Part shown: positions 18,319 to 28,500 of the stretch, in pieces | Layout of the letters: every line of letters begins with the position of its first letter | Position numbering within the stretch: position 1 is the first letter of the stretch | From: a virus | Length of the DNA: 64,000 bases | Strand: one strand, 5' to 3' | IMG/VR virus record: IMGVR_UViG_3300037107_000081 | Coordinates: 1 to 64,000 of that record | Notes under the pieces: model-generated | Told to the model about the DNA's origin: nothing | Seen by the model: the letters and a program-made list of their open reading frames with translations, nothing else | Database searches by the model: none | Program-made: the position numbers and the translations under genes

Positions 18319-19101
18319 ATGACTGAAAATACAAACGTAAATACAAGCAAGCCGTCCGTAGGAATTCGACCATGGGGCACTCCACAAAAACAACAACGCA
18401 GATTCGATGATGAAGATCTTCCGCGTTTGAATTATATGAAGTTGCTACCAGGACTTAATACTGTAAGAGCTGTTTCTGATATGGGTGTTTATTATCAAGC
18501 ACGCGTTAAGCTTCCAAACAGTAAGAGTTCATTCGGTGATCGTATTCGCACATCATATCCAACGTATGATGACTGTCCAATAATTGAGTTCTTTGGTATG
18601 GAAGGTAAAGAGCGCTACTATGTTGTAGTTATCGACCGTGCAGATCCTACTGAACTAAAGCTATTGGATATGGGTCAGTTGGTTCAGGAACAAATTGATA
18701 ATAATCTTGAGGTTATTAATTCAATGCGTAAGAGTGGAGATAAAGTTAACCCACGTGACTTTGATATTTCCATTAAGTTTAATCCAAAGAGCAAGAAGCC
18801 AGCAGGTTATCACAGTGTTGTTTGTGGACAGGTAGATCCGATGTCAGCAGAAGATCTAAAGCTTATTTCTGATATTGGTGGTGAGGAAGTGATTATTAAG
18901 ATCATTAATCGTCAGCTTATTTGCCCGAAGCGTGAGACTGTTATCAAGAACCTAAAGAAGCTTGGTTGGGATGGTAGTGTTGTGCCCAAGGAAGAGAAAA
19001 AGGCCAAAGGAGCAAAGTTGGAAGAGGCTACGGAAGACGATTATAGTTTTCAAGCGCCTTCTACCAGTGAAACAGAAACGGACGAAGCAGTTAACGCCTG
19101 A
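18319..19101 (+). CDS. single-stranded DNA-binding protein, T4 gp32-like
   Basis: YMKL.PG.NTVR, RYYVVVIDR, LKLL, DFDISIK pattern; acidic C-terminal tail; located between recA and the resolvase. Confidence 0.65.
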   Translation: MTENTNVNTSKPSVGIRPWGTPQKQQRRFDDEDLPRLNYMKLLPGLNTVRAVSDMGVYYQARVKLPNSKSSFGDRIRTSYPTYDDCPIIEFFGMEGKERYYVVVIDRADPTELKLLDMGQLVQEQIDNNLEVINSMRKSGDKVNPRDFDISIKFNPKSKKPAGYHSVVCGQVDPMSAEDLKLISDIGGEEVIIKIINRQLICPKRETVIKNLKKLGWDGSVVPKEEKKAKGAKLEEATEDDYSFQAPSTSETETDEAVNA

Positions 19102-19184
19102 TCTTGTTTTCGACTTACTTAGTAGTGAAGAAGAATATTAACTTGGCTTAACTTATTGTTACTGTCCATAGGCGTTCGTGAATT

Positions 19185-19223
19185 GGGAAAGGATGATTCT
19201 TCAATGGGTCCTCCTTTTCTTTT
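19185..19223 (+). terminator. probable intrinsic terminator
   Basis: gaaaggatgattc...gggtcctcctttt imperfect stem followed by a T tract. Confidence 0.45.
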
Positions 19224-19238
19224 GATATATACACTTAC
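19223..19238 (+). promoter_or_regulatory. TGATATATAC box 16 nt before an RBS-less ATG
   Basis: Identical box and spacing at 63123/63139. Confidence 0.45.
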
Positions 19239-19850
19239 ATGAAAAGAGTAATTGGGCTTGACGCATCGACCTCAGTAATAGGGATTGGAATTATTGATTA
19301 TGATGGTTATAATACAATCCTAGTCCATTGTGAATATTATAAACCAGACAAAACTAATGGTATTTTGGAAATGTTGCGTCAGGCAAGAGATTATATATTA
19401 AGTATAGCTATAAAATATAATATTGATGAGTTTGTTATTGAAGATTATATTAGATTTATGAAGGGTAGTTCTTCGGCGGCTACTACAATTCCTCTTGCAA
19501 TATTAAATATGACTCTTAGATTAGCTATTCTTGATAATTTAAATATTAATCCTGAATGTCTTAATGTTTTAAAAATTCGTCACACACTAAAATTATCCAA
19601 ACAATTACCAGCCAAAGAGGATATGCCGGATCTTGTAGCTCATCATTTAAATATTGATTATCCATGGTTATATAAAATAAACAAGCGCACAAAACAACAA
19701 GTAATTATGGAAGAATCTCGGGATGTGGCTGATGCAATTTCTGTCGCACTAGCTTATATAAAACTTCAACAAAAACCACCAAAGAAATCCAAACCGGTAA
19801 AAATAAAATCCAAAACAAATGTAAAATCAAAATCTTCTGGTAAAAAATAA
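19239..19850 (+). CDS. RuvC-like Holliday junction resolvase
   Basis: VIGLDASTSVIGIGII, VIEDY, DVADAISVAL. Confidence 0.8.
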   Translation: MKRVIGLDASTSVIGIGIIDYDGYNTILVHCEYYKPDKTNGILEMLRQARDYILSIAIKYNIDEFVIEDYIRFMKGSSSAATTIPLAILNMTLRLAILDNLNINPECLNVLKIRHTLKLSKQLPAKEDMPDLVAHHLNIDYPWLYKINKRTKQQVIMEESRDVADAISVALAYIKLQQKPPKKSKPVKIKSKTNVKSKSSGKK

Positions 19851-20830
19851 TGAATACGCACGAAGCTTGTCAATTATTAGGAATACCCGTAAATTCCCCA
19901 ATGGAAGATGCTAAGGCCGCATTTAAAAAACTAGCAATACAATATCACCCAGATCGAAATAAAGATCCAGGCGCAGAGGATAAGTTTAAGGAAATTAATA
20001 CAGCTTTCCAGTTCCTTGAGAAATATGGAACCAATCCTCAAAACAATATTAATACGGGAGGTTTTGGTTTTAATATTGATTTCGGTGACCTTAATCAACG
20101 TATGGCCCAGATGTTTCACCAGAATTTTGTCATTAATCATCCAGGCCCTCCAATTGTAATAACCATATCAATTCCTTTCGAGATGTCTGTCCTTGGTGGA
20201 AATAAAGAAATTACATATAATAGATTAGTGAAATGTGCCAATTGTATAGATGGAAAAACTAAAGTGCCTTGTAAGAAATGTAATGGTACAGGTAAACGAA
20301 AATATGGCGGTGATTTTAATGGGGGATTCAAACCAGCTGATGATAGAGAACTTCCCTGTAATGGATGTACAGCTACCGGATCCACTACCTATGGAATATG
20401 TAAAGCCTGTAATGGATCATCTAAAACACAAACTTCAGAGACATTTTCAATCCAAATCCCACCAGGTGTTCAAAATGGTAACAACTTAATAATGAATGGT
20501 AGAGGAAATTATCGGATTATGGATTTGTATGATGCACTTGTTATTGTTATAAACGTTGAAAAAGACCCTGATTTTATCCTTGTTGGAAATGATGTTATAT
20601 CTAATGTTGAGCTTAGTTTGTTGGAAGCCCTCAAAGGAACAAAGAAAAGCTTAAGAACTATAAAAGGTGAGAAAACATTACAATTCAATCCAAAGATAAA
20701 AAACGGTGATAAAATAAAGGTATCAGGATTCGGAGTACCACCAAACGGCCATCATGTATACGAAATTACTGTAAACTATCCAGAAGATGTGTCAGAATTA
20801 ATTAATGTACTGGAAAAAGATATTATATAA
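19850..20830 (+). CDS. dnaJ: DnaJ-class co-chaperone
   Basis: J-domain with HPD, CxxCxGxG repeats, IPPGV, LSLLEALKG. Confidence 0.92.
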   Translation: MNTHEACQLLGIPVNSPMEDAKAAFKKLAIQYHPDRNKDPGAEDKFKEINTAFQFLEKYGTNPQNNINTGGFGFNIDFGDLNQRMAQMFHQNFVINHPGPPIVITISIPFEMSVLGGNKEITYNRLVKCANCIDGKTKVPCKKCNGTGKRKYGGDFNGGFKPADDRELPCNGCTATGSTTYGICKACNGSSKTQTSETFSIQIPPGVQNGNNLIMNGRGNYRIMDLYDALVIVINVEKDPDFILVGNDVISNVELSLLEALKGTKKSLRTIKGEKTLQFNPKIKNGDKIKVSGFGVPPNGHHVYEITVNYPEDVSELINVLEKDII

Positions 20831-20833
20831 ATT

Positions 20834-20867
20834 CTCTGGTAAAAATAAAGTAAATGACCAAAATGTA
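20834..20867 (+). repeat. bipartite dispersed motif, copy 8
   Basis: ctctggtaaaaataaagtaaatgaccaaaatgta; offset 28. Confidence 0.85.
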
Positions 20868-20896
20868 ACAAATGGATAATATTATAAAGGAAAACA

Positions 20897-21253
20897 ATGG
20901 ATTATAGATCATTCTGCGACAACAAAGACTGCCATAAAGAAATGAGACCGGTAGTTGATAAGGAAACTTTAATTGCTTATTGTACCGAATGTGGAAAGCA
21001 AGTTAACAACATTTCTCCATTCATGCGCCGACAAATGATGTCCTTCGATCAAATAAGGCGTAATGAAAAAAAGAAATTACCATGGGCTATAAAATGTAAC
21101 GGCGAGAAGTGTAAGAAGGAAGGCCCACCTGAATTGAAGGAAGGTAAGTTGGTGTGCTCATTCTGTGGAAAAGAATTAGATCATGTCGCTAAGCCTTTTG
21201 CCGAAATGATTAAAGTTAACCTTACTGCACAGAATAGGGCCGATGGAAAGTGA
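20897..21253 (+). CDS. double zinc-ribbon protein
   Basis: CDNKDC..CTEC and CNGEKC..CSFC; AAGGA RBS. Confidence 0.65.
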   Translation: MDYRSFCDNKDCHKEMRPVVDKETLIAYCTECGKQVNNISPFMRRQMMSFDQIRRNEKKKLPWAIKCNGEKCKKEGPPELKEGKLVCSFCGKELDHVAKPFAEMIKVNLTAQNRADGK

Positions 21254-22050
21254 CCGCCATTGCTCAACATAAATCAAAACAAAAAATATTGAATAAAGTT
21301 GTCTTGGCGTGTAGGCACTTACTTACATCAGAACAAGCTAAGAAGGCCAGGATTTGTCTTAATTCCAGGCTTTCTAAGGAACATCAGCAGGCTTGGCAAT
21401 TCGGATACTTCCCAACCGATGATCATTTAAGTGATTTGACAGATTTGGTTGATAAAAAAGATCTTGAACAACTAAATATATATTATCCAAAGTATATTTC
21501 AGGTGGTCAGATGGCGCATGGTCATTTTAGTGAACATAATTTATTAATGCCTTTTTATAATGTACATGGGGAAATAGTAAGCTTAGTAGGAAGATGTTTA
21601 TTATCTGAGGAAGAAAGACAAGAAGCTAAGCTGAATAAATATAAGTATAGCGCCGGTTGTAAAAAAGATCTGTTTGTCTATGGATTAAATAAGGCTAAAC
21701 AATCAATTATAGAGAAAAATTGTGTGATTGTAACGGAAGGCCAGTTTGACGCGATCTCATTGAATATAATGGGGATTGAGAATGTAGTGGCGTTGGGGTG
21801 GGCAAACATTTCTAGATATCAAATGTTTCAGCTTCATAGGTATACTAATAATATTATACTGATGCTTGATAATGATGAGGCTGGTCAAAAGGGTAAGGTT
21901 AAGATAAAAGAGAAATATAAAGATGTGTGTAATATTAAATTATTAAGTCCTCCGAAAGGATTTAAAGATATAGATGAGTTTTTTAGGAGCTCGAAAGATA
22001 TTGATATGGTTAATCGTGTTATATGTATGTTAAATGGCTTCGCGTATTAA
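21250..22050 (+). CDS. DnaG-type primase, catalytic/TOPRIM core without an N-terminal Zn-binding domain
   Basis: FGYFP, LLMPFYN.HG....VGR, KYKYS, VYGL, VTEGQFDAI, VVALG, LDNDEAG, KDIDE. Confidence 0.85.
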   Translation: MTAIAQHKSKQKILNKVVLACRHLLTSEQAKKARICLNSRLSKEHQQAWQFGYFPTDDHLSDLTDLVDKKDLEQLNIYYPKYISGGQMAHGHFSEHNLLMPFYNVHGEIVSLVGRCLLSEEERQEAKLNKYKYSAGCKKDLFVYGLNKAKQSIIEKNCVIVTEGQFDAISLNIMGIENVVALGWANISRYQMFQLHRYTNNIILMLDNDEAGQKGKVKIKEKYKDVCNIKLLSPPKGFKDIDEFFRSSKDIDMVNRVICMLNGFAY

Positions 22051-22071
22051 TGGCTTCTTCTAAGGAAATGA

Positions 22072-22548
22072 ATGGGTAAAAAAAATAATAGATCGAATGG
22101 GTATCAACATCTTTTTGCAGAACAAAGTTATCCGATTGAGATTTTGTCGGAATTTAGCGAGAGTCAAGGATTAGTTGAGAATTACAATCCAGATGATAAA
22201 GAAGAATTGTTGATATTAAAAGAAAGGCTTATTGAAGAATTTTGGAGAATTGCTAAGGAAAATTTAACCAAAAGACAATTAGAAGTAATTACACTGATGT
22301 CGAAGAATTACACCCAGATCGAGATCGCGAAAATTTTGCGCGTGAACCAATCTTCGATCACGAAGAGCCTGAACGGAAATTCAGATTATCGCGGTACTGT
22401 AAAAGGAGATGGAGACAAGAAATCAAGATCTACAAAGATCAGGGTGTACGGAGGCATCCGCCGTAAAATGAAAAAGATTGCTGACAAAGATCCTAGAGTG
22501 ATTGAAATCCTTGAACAAATGGCTGATATTCATTCACAATATTCTTAG
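22072..22548 (+). CDS. sigma-70 region 4/LuxR-type HTH transcription factor
   Basis: LTKRQLEVITLMSKNYTQIEIAKILRVNQSSITKSL. Confidence 0.7.
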   Translation: MGKKNNRSNGYQHLFAEQSYPIEILSEFSESQGLVENYNPDDKEELLILKERLIEEFWRIAKENLTKRQLEVITLMSKNYTQIEIAKILRVNQSSITKSLNGNSDYRGTVKGDGDKKSRSTKIRVYGGIRRKMKKIADKDPRVIEILEQMADIHSQYS

Positions 22549-22859
22549 ATTATTCCTTGTTCAGCCAGTATTTGTTGAATATGGTTTCTGATCTCTTCTT
22601 CTGTTTGATTATAATAAGTACAAATAAGAAGACAATTATTTTCTTTGCATAATCTATATTTATCTGCATCTTTATATAATTGATAGAAAAAATCTTTTAT
22701 TCCATTACGATGAAAACTATTGTAAATATAACAGTGTTGTGGACCTTGATGTTCTAGTATTATATTTAATTCTTCGCAGTAACAGTCGGCTTCATATGGG
22801 TATTTTGTTTTTTCATTAAATTTAAAAAAGAATTCTTCACTAAAAATTTGTTGATAGAT
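22545..22859 (-). pseudogene. start-less remnant of a Vsr/EDxHD-like (PD-(D/E)XK) homing endonuclease
   Basis: Manual translation: IYQQIFSEEF..NEKTKYPYEADCYCEELNIILEHQGPQH..FHRNG..DF..Q..KDADKYRLCKENNCLLI; in-frame stops immediately upstream and no start codon. Confidence 0.7.
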
Positions 22860-23028
22860 TGATTATTACTTTTAACGAATCTTTGAATAAATACAAAGAT
22901 AATTTGTCAGAGACGGAATTAGAGGATATAATTCAGCAATCACTAATGGAATTTTGGATAAGCGCTAGTACTGTTGGTTTCAGAAAAACAAAAAGAAAAA
23001 TTAAGTGAAATACCTTTTATAGATATGA

Positions 23029-23367
23029 TTATGTCATTTGGTGAGGTGAATTAATAGCCAATGTCTTAAACCTCATCAGCTGTCTTTTAATATCCAGCTC
23101 CAGCATTTGTATATTATCACCTTTTGCTTCGGCTATCTTTAATTTATTTTCTATCCACCATTTTTCAGGAAATCCGCACAGATCCACATAAACAATATAG
23201 TTAAACTTATTATTTCGCGTTTTCTTAGCTGATATTGTAATAAGAATATCTCCAATGACTCCCTCCCAATTGAGGTTGCCATTGCCCGAAGTTGTTCTTT
23301 CTTCGAGTGGTATTCCAATAAAAGTCTGCATGAGAAGATGCAAGATTATTCTAATGATTATTGCCAT
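23029..23367 (-). CDS. hypothetical protein
   Basis: One of the few minus-strand ORFs occupying a gap. Confidence 0.5.
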   Translation of the reverse strand: MAIIIRIILHLLMQTFIGIPLEERTTSGNGNLNWEGVIGDILITISAKKTRNNKFNYIVYVDLCGFPEKWWIENKLKIAEAKGDNIQMLELDIKRQLMRFKTLAINSPHQMT

Positions 23368-23463
23368 GATATATTTGTAGGGTAATAATATAGCAATATC
23401 TTGTGGGTATATTTTCGCATTGATTTAGCGAATTTGCCCAACGCCGTTATTATTGGAGAACCC

Positions 23464-23970
23464 ATGGATGATAAGTTTGCAGTTGATTTTGATAACCTAA
23501 CCCAAAAATTACTACCCAAGCGCGCTTATCGTTTGTCAGATGTAGCCGATCGTGTTGAAAAGGTTGGTTTTGATTTGGTTCGTTTCCGAGATAATGAGGA
23601 TACAGAACAATTATGGCAGGTACAAAAGAATCCTGATGGTGATGAAGTAATTGTTGCTCTTTACAATGATAACGGTGAAGAAATAAAGGCTGAGTCAAGC
23701 ATCAAGAAGAATTGGGAAGCAATACCTGACAAGAAGGCAGTTCATGTTTTTTACAAAGGTGAGGCATTGCTTTCATTGTCTAGTCAGGATCTTGGGGTTC
23801 CTGCCGACGAGTTTAATATTGTTCGCAGATGGTTGCCAAGAAAGCTTGAGACTGACCAAAACTTCCAGAGAATATTACTCAGCAAGGTAGCTAATGATGG
23901 TCGAAAGCTAATTGCTCAGAGATTTCCAGAACTCACAAAGGTTGCCAATATTTCAACTGAGACGGTATAA
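23464..23970 (+). CDS. hypothetical head-module protein
   Basis: GGAG RBS before ATG 23464; C-terminal LTKVA. Confidence 0.7.
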   Translation: MDDKFAVDFDNLTQKLLPKRAYRLSDVADRVEKVGFDLVRFRDNEDTEQLWQVQKNPDGDEVIVALYNDNGEEIKAESSIKKNWEAIPDKKAVHVFYKGEALLSLSSQDLGVPADEFNIVRRWLPRKLETDQNFQRILLSKVANDGRKLIAQRFPELTKVANISTETV

Positions 23971-23979
23971 CGAGGAATT

Positions 23980-25515
23980 ATGTTGAATTTACAAGAACTT
24001 TCATCTTTAATAAAAAAAGCCGCAGATACAATTGAGGCTAATGAAAAATTTCCCGTTGCTATTTTGGCAGCAAAAGCAAGGCGAGAGGCAAGTGCAAGGC
24101 CAACAGATACTCATCTAATAAATGCGTCGCAGGTTCTTACTAAAATAGCATCTTCTGACAAAATGTTTATTAGTAAGAGTGAACTTGCTAATATAGTCGA
24201 ACGTTTTGGAGCAACCCACTCTAAGCTATCTTCGGTTTTTTCTGAGGAACTTGGCAAGCGTGCAGAACCAAAGCCGCAGACGTTCGCTCGAGAAGCTAAT
24301 GAGGGCATTTCTCTGGACCGTGACTATCAAAGATTTTCGGATCCGGTTCTAGCTAATGCATTGAGTGGTGCTTTTGATGCCAAGCCTGTTGAGAAGATTT
24401 ATTCGCCGGCTGATGCACAGAGAGCTCATCGTGCGGCTTATGCTCAATTGCTTAGTATTGGTGTTGTTCCTAAGGAAGTTGTTACATTCGCTGGTCGTAA
24501 GGATATAATTATCTGCCAGGCTAATTACGAAACACAAATGGGTCAAGCTAATGTATTGATTCCGGTTGAGTTGATTGAGGGTAGAGCCGTTCTTCCATCA
24601 ATGTTTTTTAGTCTAAATGGTTTTGAAGATTTGGAAAAGACCGCTTATCTAGACCACATTAAGGCAGTGGTAGGTAAAGGGTTTAGAGTTGATGGTTCTA
24701 AGCTTCTTGATGTTCTTGAGCAGGTGAAGCGTGGCAGTTCAACTCTGTGCAATGATGTAGAATTGGCTGCAATAAAGGTAGCCTCAGAGCAAAACTCGCC
24801 GGCCATGCTAGATCAAAACGGTATTTATTATACAGAAGTTCTTGATACAAAGGCTGATGTTGAGCTTCCAAAGATGGCCGAGACTAAGGAGAGTAAGTTT
24901 GCCGAGACACTAAGCTCTGCAAACGGAATTGCTAACTTCATTCATAGTGATCGTGTTGTAGAAGCAGGCCGGTCCATGCTCAGTAGGAAATTTGCTGAGA
25001 TTGGTTACAAGAGTGTTCAGATTAAGGTAGCCGAAGTTGAGAAGGATAAGATTTTTTATGCTGTGGCTATTGGAACTGGTACTGGATTTAAGGTTCCGAT
25101 TGAAGTAACTGGAACAAACGTATTCCCTCCAAAGATTATATTTGCTGATGGCATTGTTACAGCTTTTAGTAAGGAAGCAATAACAGAGGCAGTTAAGGCT
25201 GGTATTGGGGGTAACAAACAAGCATTATCGATTGCTAGTAACTGTTCTGGAATGAAACCAACTGAACTTCTTGATATTGTAAAGAAGGCTGTTCATGATG
25301 GTAATTATGCTAGGGCCGAAGATGCAATAAATGTTTTAGGTGAGATCGATCCAAGCGCACAGAAGGTTGCTATTGCGCACATGATGTTGAATATTTCTGA
25401 GTCTGGTAAAGATCCTAGTGGTGATATTTCCGAGATGCAGAAATTAGCAAACAAGCCAGTACAAGACACTCCGATGTTTATGAGTTATAAGATTTTCTTT
25501 CCGGAAGGAGCTTAA
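23980..25515 (+). CDS. hypothetical head-module protein
   Basis: GAGGA RBS; LIKKA, LTKIA, AIKVA motifs. Confidence 0.75.
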   Translation: MLNLQELSSLIKKAADTIEANEKFPVAILAAKARREASARPTDTHLINASQVLTKIASSDKMFISKSELANIVERFGATHSKLSSVFSEELGKRAEPKPQTFAREANEGISLDRDYQRFSDPVLANALSGAFDAKPVEKIYSPADAQRAHRAAYAQLLSIGVVPKEVVTFAGRKDIIICQANYETQMGQANVLIPVELIEGRAVLPSMFFSLNGFEDLEKTAYLDHIKAVVGKGFRVDGSKLLDVLEQVKRGSSTLCNDVELAAIKVASEQNSPAMLDQNGIYYTEVLDTKADVELPKMAETKESKFAETLSSANGIANFIHSDRVVEAGRSMLSRKFAEIGYKSVQIKVAEVEKDKIFYAVAIGTGTGFKVPIEVTGTNVFPPKIIFADGIVTAFSKEAITEAVKAGIGGNKQALSIASNCSGMKPTELLDIVKKAVHDGNYARAEDAINVLGEIDPSAQKVAIAHMMLNISESGKDPSGDISEMQKLANKPVQDTPMFMSYKIFFPEGA

Positions 25516-25517
25516 TC

Positions 25518-28500
25518 ATGCCAGTTTCAATGGACCTAAGACTTCTAGCCAAAAAGCTGGAAAAAAGCAGTGATGATGTTTTGGTCAATGCTTCCTTAAA
25601 AAGCCCTAAGGAATTCGAAAGAGTTTCAATGGCCGTTGCTGCTGCATCTACTTTGCTAGAAGAAGTTGCAAATGACATGGATAATCAAGCTTCTTTTAGT
25701 ATTACAGAACAACAGCTCGATGAATTGGCCGCTCTCGCAAGTTCGTTTGATGAGAGCAATGATCCACTATTGAGAAAACAAGCTTCTGTTATTGATGAGT
25801 TATTACTTAGCATTGCGGCTCCAAAAAATGCCATTGCTGCTGCTAATAAAGCTACTGCCGACGAGATTAAGAGATTGCGTGAACAGCATAGCAAGGGTCG
25901 TCGTGAAGAAGCTTATGATGCGCCAAGGGAAGCTCTGCACAAGATGGAAAATGCAGCTGGCCAAGCCAAAGCAGTTGAGCAGCAGGTAAAGCGATTTGTG
26001 CCTATGGAAGCTCCTTTGCAAACTCGTTATCCCCCGGATCGTCCTGGTGGGCAGATGACTCGCATTACTGACCATGTTTATCAGGATATAGTTACTGGAA
26101 TTATCTATGACTATAAAGCCGGATACAAGACTCAGAAGGGCAATGAGGTTCCTGGTGGATCTGTTGAGAATCAAACTCGTGAACTGGGTGATTCTCGTAA
26201 CCAAGGCACATCTATGTTTGAGAGTCGTCAGTCTTTGATGGGGCGCTATGCCGAGGACAATTCTGATCTAAAAAAAAATTCAGCAATAGATAAAATTGCA
26301 ATAGCGCTGAAATCTATTCGTGATTTTGCGCCTAAATTATTAAATGCTGCTATTGATAATGCTCGGGATGATGGTCTTTCAACATCTCAGATTGCCGATA
26401 TTCTTGCTTCAGATATTTCCAGCAAAAGGGGATTAGAAGCCATAGCTCAATATGAAGGAGACGATGAATATCAAGTAAACCCTTTAGCCGATGAACTTGA
26501 TGACATTTCTGAAGAGGAGAGGGATTATCAAGGGGCTAGGAGATTATTTAAAGCAATTTCAGATTCAGGTTGGAAAAATAGTCCAGCTTTAATTGCTCAT
26601 CATATCGCAGCGTTATCAGAACACGGTGCATCTCCATTGACAATAGACTTGCTTCAAAGAGAATTTTTATTTGGAGAATCATTAGATGAACCAAATGATG
26701 ATGGTCCAATAACTGTACGACCACATGCTGAAATAGAAAGCGCACCAACTGTATTCTCACCATTAAGTGCTTCATCAAAACAAAGCTTAATGGCTCTTGC
26801 ATTGAGTGCGATCCAAGAATTAGCACCGCATCTTCTAAAATCGGCTGTTGCAAAATCAAAAGAATTATTAACTGATCAACAAATAAAATCAGTTTTATCA
26901 TCTAATTTTGTTAACAAGTTCGATAAACAAGCTGATGAAATAAAGATTGCTGAATCTCTGTTCCCGCATTTAAAAGATTTGGGCTGGAATGATTTAATAG
27001 AACAGCACACAAAAGTAATGTCGGCTCTAGGAATCAGCCAAGATAAAATACAAAAACTCTCTGGTAAAAAAACTAATAGAATTAATGTATTATCAAATAT
27101 TTTAAAATCAGCTGGTGTAAGAGAGATTGAATTTACAGATGAGCTGCCAGATTTAGAATTAGATAAAGAACCAGAGTTTGTTAATGTATTAGATCCAAAT
27201 GCTGAGGAAGAAGAGGTTCCTACTGAGCTACCAAGAGATACTATTCCATCTCCACCTCCAGCAAATAAACCAACATTACCGCCATGGAATCCAAAGGTAA
27301 AAGAGCATGTGTTGACAGAAAGGGATAAAGAAAGGCAAGTTAAACCATTTACAGAAAAGCACAATGATATATTAAAGGGTGTTGTTAGTTCTTTATCTTT
27401 ACCTTGGGGTGAATATATAAGCAAGCACCCAGAAACAAAACTAAGCTCTGAAAAAGTTAGACAATTAGAAACAGAAATTGGAAATCTTGTTCAGGCAGCT
27501 AAGACAGGAAGAGGTAATGATACTCCTGGTTTTGAAAAAATATTTGGAAGCTTTAAGTTCAAGGGCGAAACAATGCCTGTTGCTGTAGATAAACTTCCTA
27601 AAGATGTTAAAGATGCCATGAAAGATATGTTTATGGCAAAGGAAACTACTGAATCTGTTGCTAAATATCTTATGAAGCTTATTAGGGCTGGCGCAGATTT
27701 TGAGATTATTCCGCTCAAAGAATTGCAAAAGGCTCGTGTAGCAATGCTTGGGCCGCAAAATAAAAGACAAGCTGAAGAATTAAGACAGAAAGTTTTTGGT
27801 GGAATTTTAAGAAAAGCAACTAATTATATCCTGGCTGGTAAAAATCTTCCTGCGATGTTTGATTCTCAAGAAGGCGATAACGAAATTACAGCGCTTAAGT
27901 TTACAAAAATGCTTGAGGATATTGTGGGTGAAGTAACTACAACTAGAAGGAAGAAGGGGTTGGTTGCTGAGTTGCCAGAGGATAAGATTTCTTTATTTAG
28001 TGATCCTCAAGAATATATACAGATGTTTAGGGAAGCTCAAGAAAAGTTTCCAACAATATCTCAAAAATCAATGGCTGATAAACTTCACAATGCAGAAATG
28101 AGAAAGCAGCAGAGCCAATATATGGAAGAGAAGGGGTATATTTCTCCGGATGAAAAATTAATTGGTGGTGCTAGTGCTCGTTTCATGTTGCCCTGGCAGT
28201 TGGAGGGTGATTATGGTGGAGAGTGGACCGAAGATTTCCAGGGTATGAAGAATCTTTTCGAAAACCCAAAGGAATATGAGCATAAATATATTGAGGCCAA
28301 ACACAAGTTTCCATATAAGAGACAAGAAGTTCCCAAGGAAGTTTATCAGATTAGGGCTGCAGAACCAGAAAATGTAGCAAATATTCCGAGAGAAATTAAG
28401 GATAAGATATTTAATTTGATGAATTCAGGAATAACAAATGATGAGCTTATTGAAACCATGAAACAGGATAATGTTAGTCCAGAAACCGTTACAAAATACA

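Noticed and set aside
19102-19238. Possible tRNA or ncRNA in intergenic gaps
   Set aside because: No cloverleaf or T-loop consensus recognised by eye; only a terminator-like hairpin. tRNAscan-SE or Infernal would be needed to exclude this formally.
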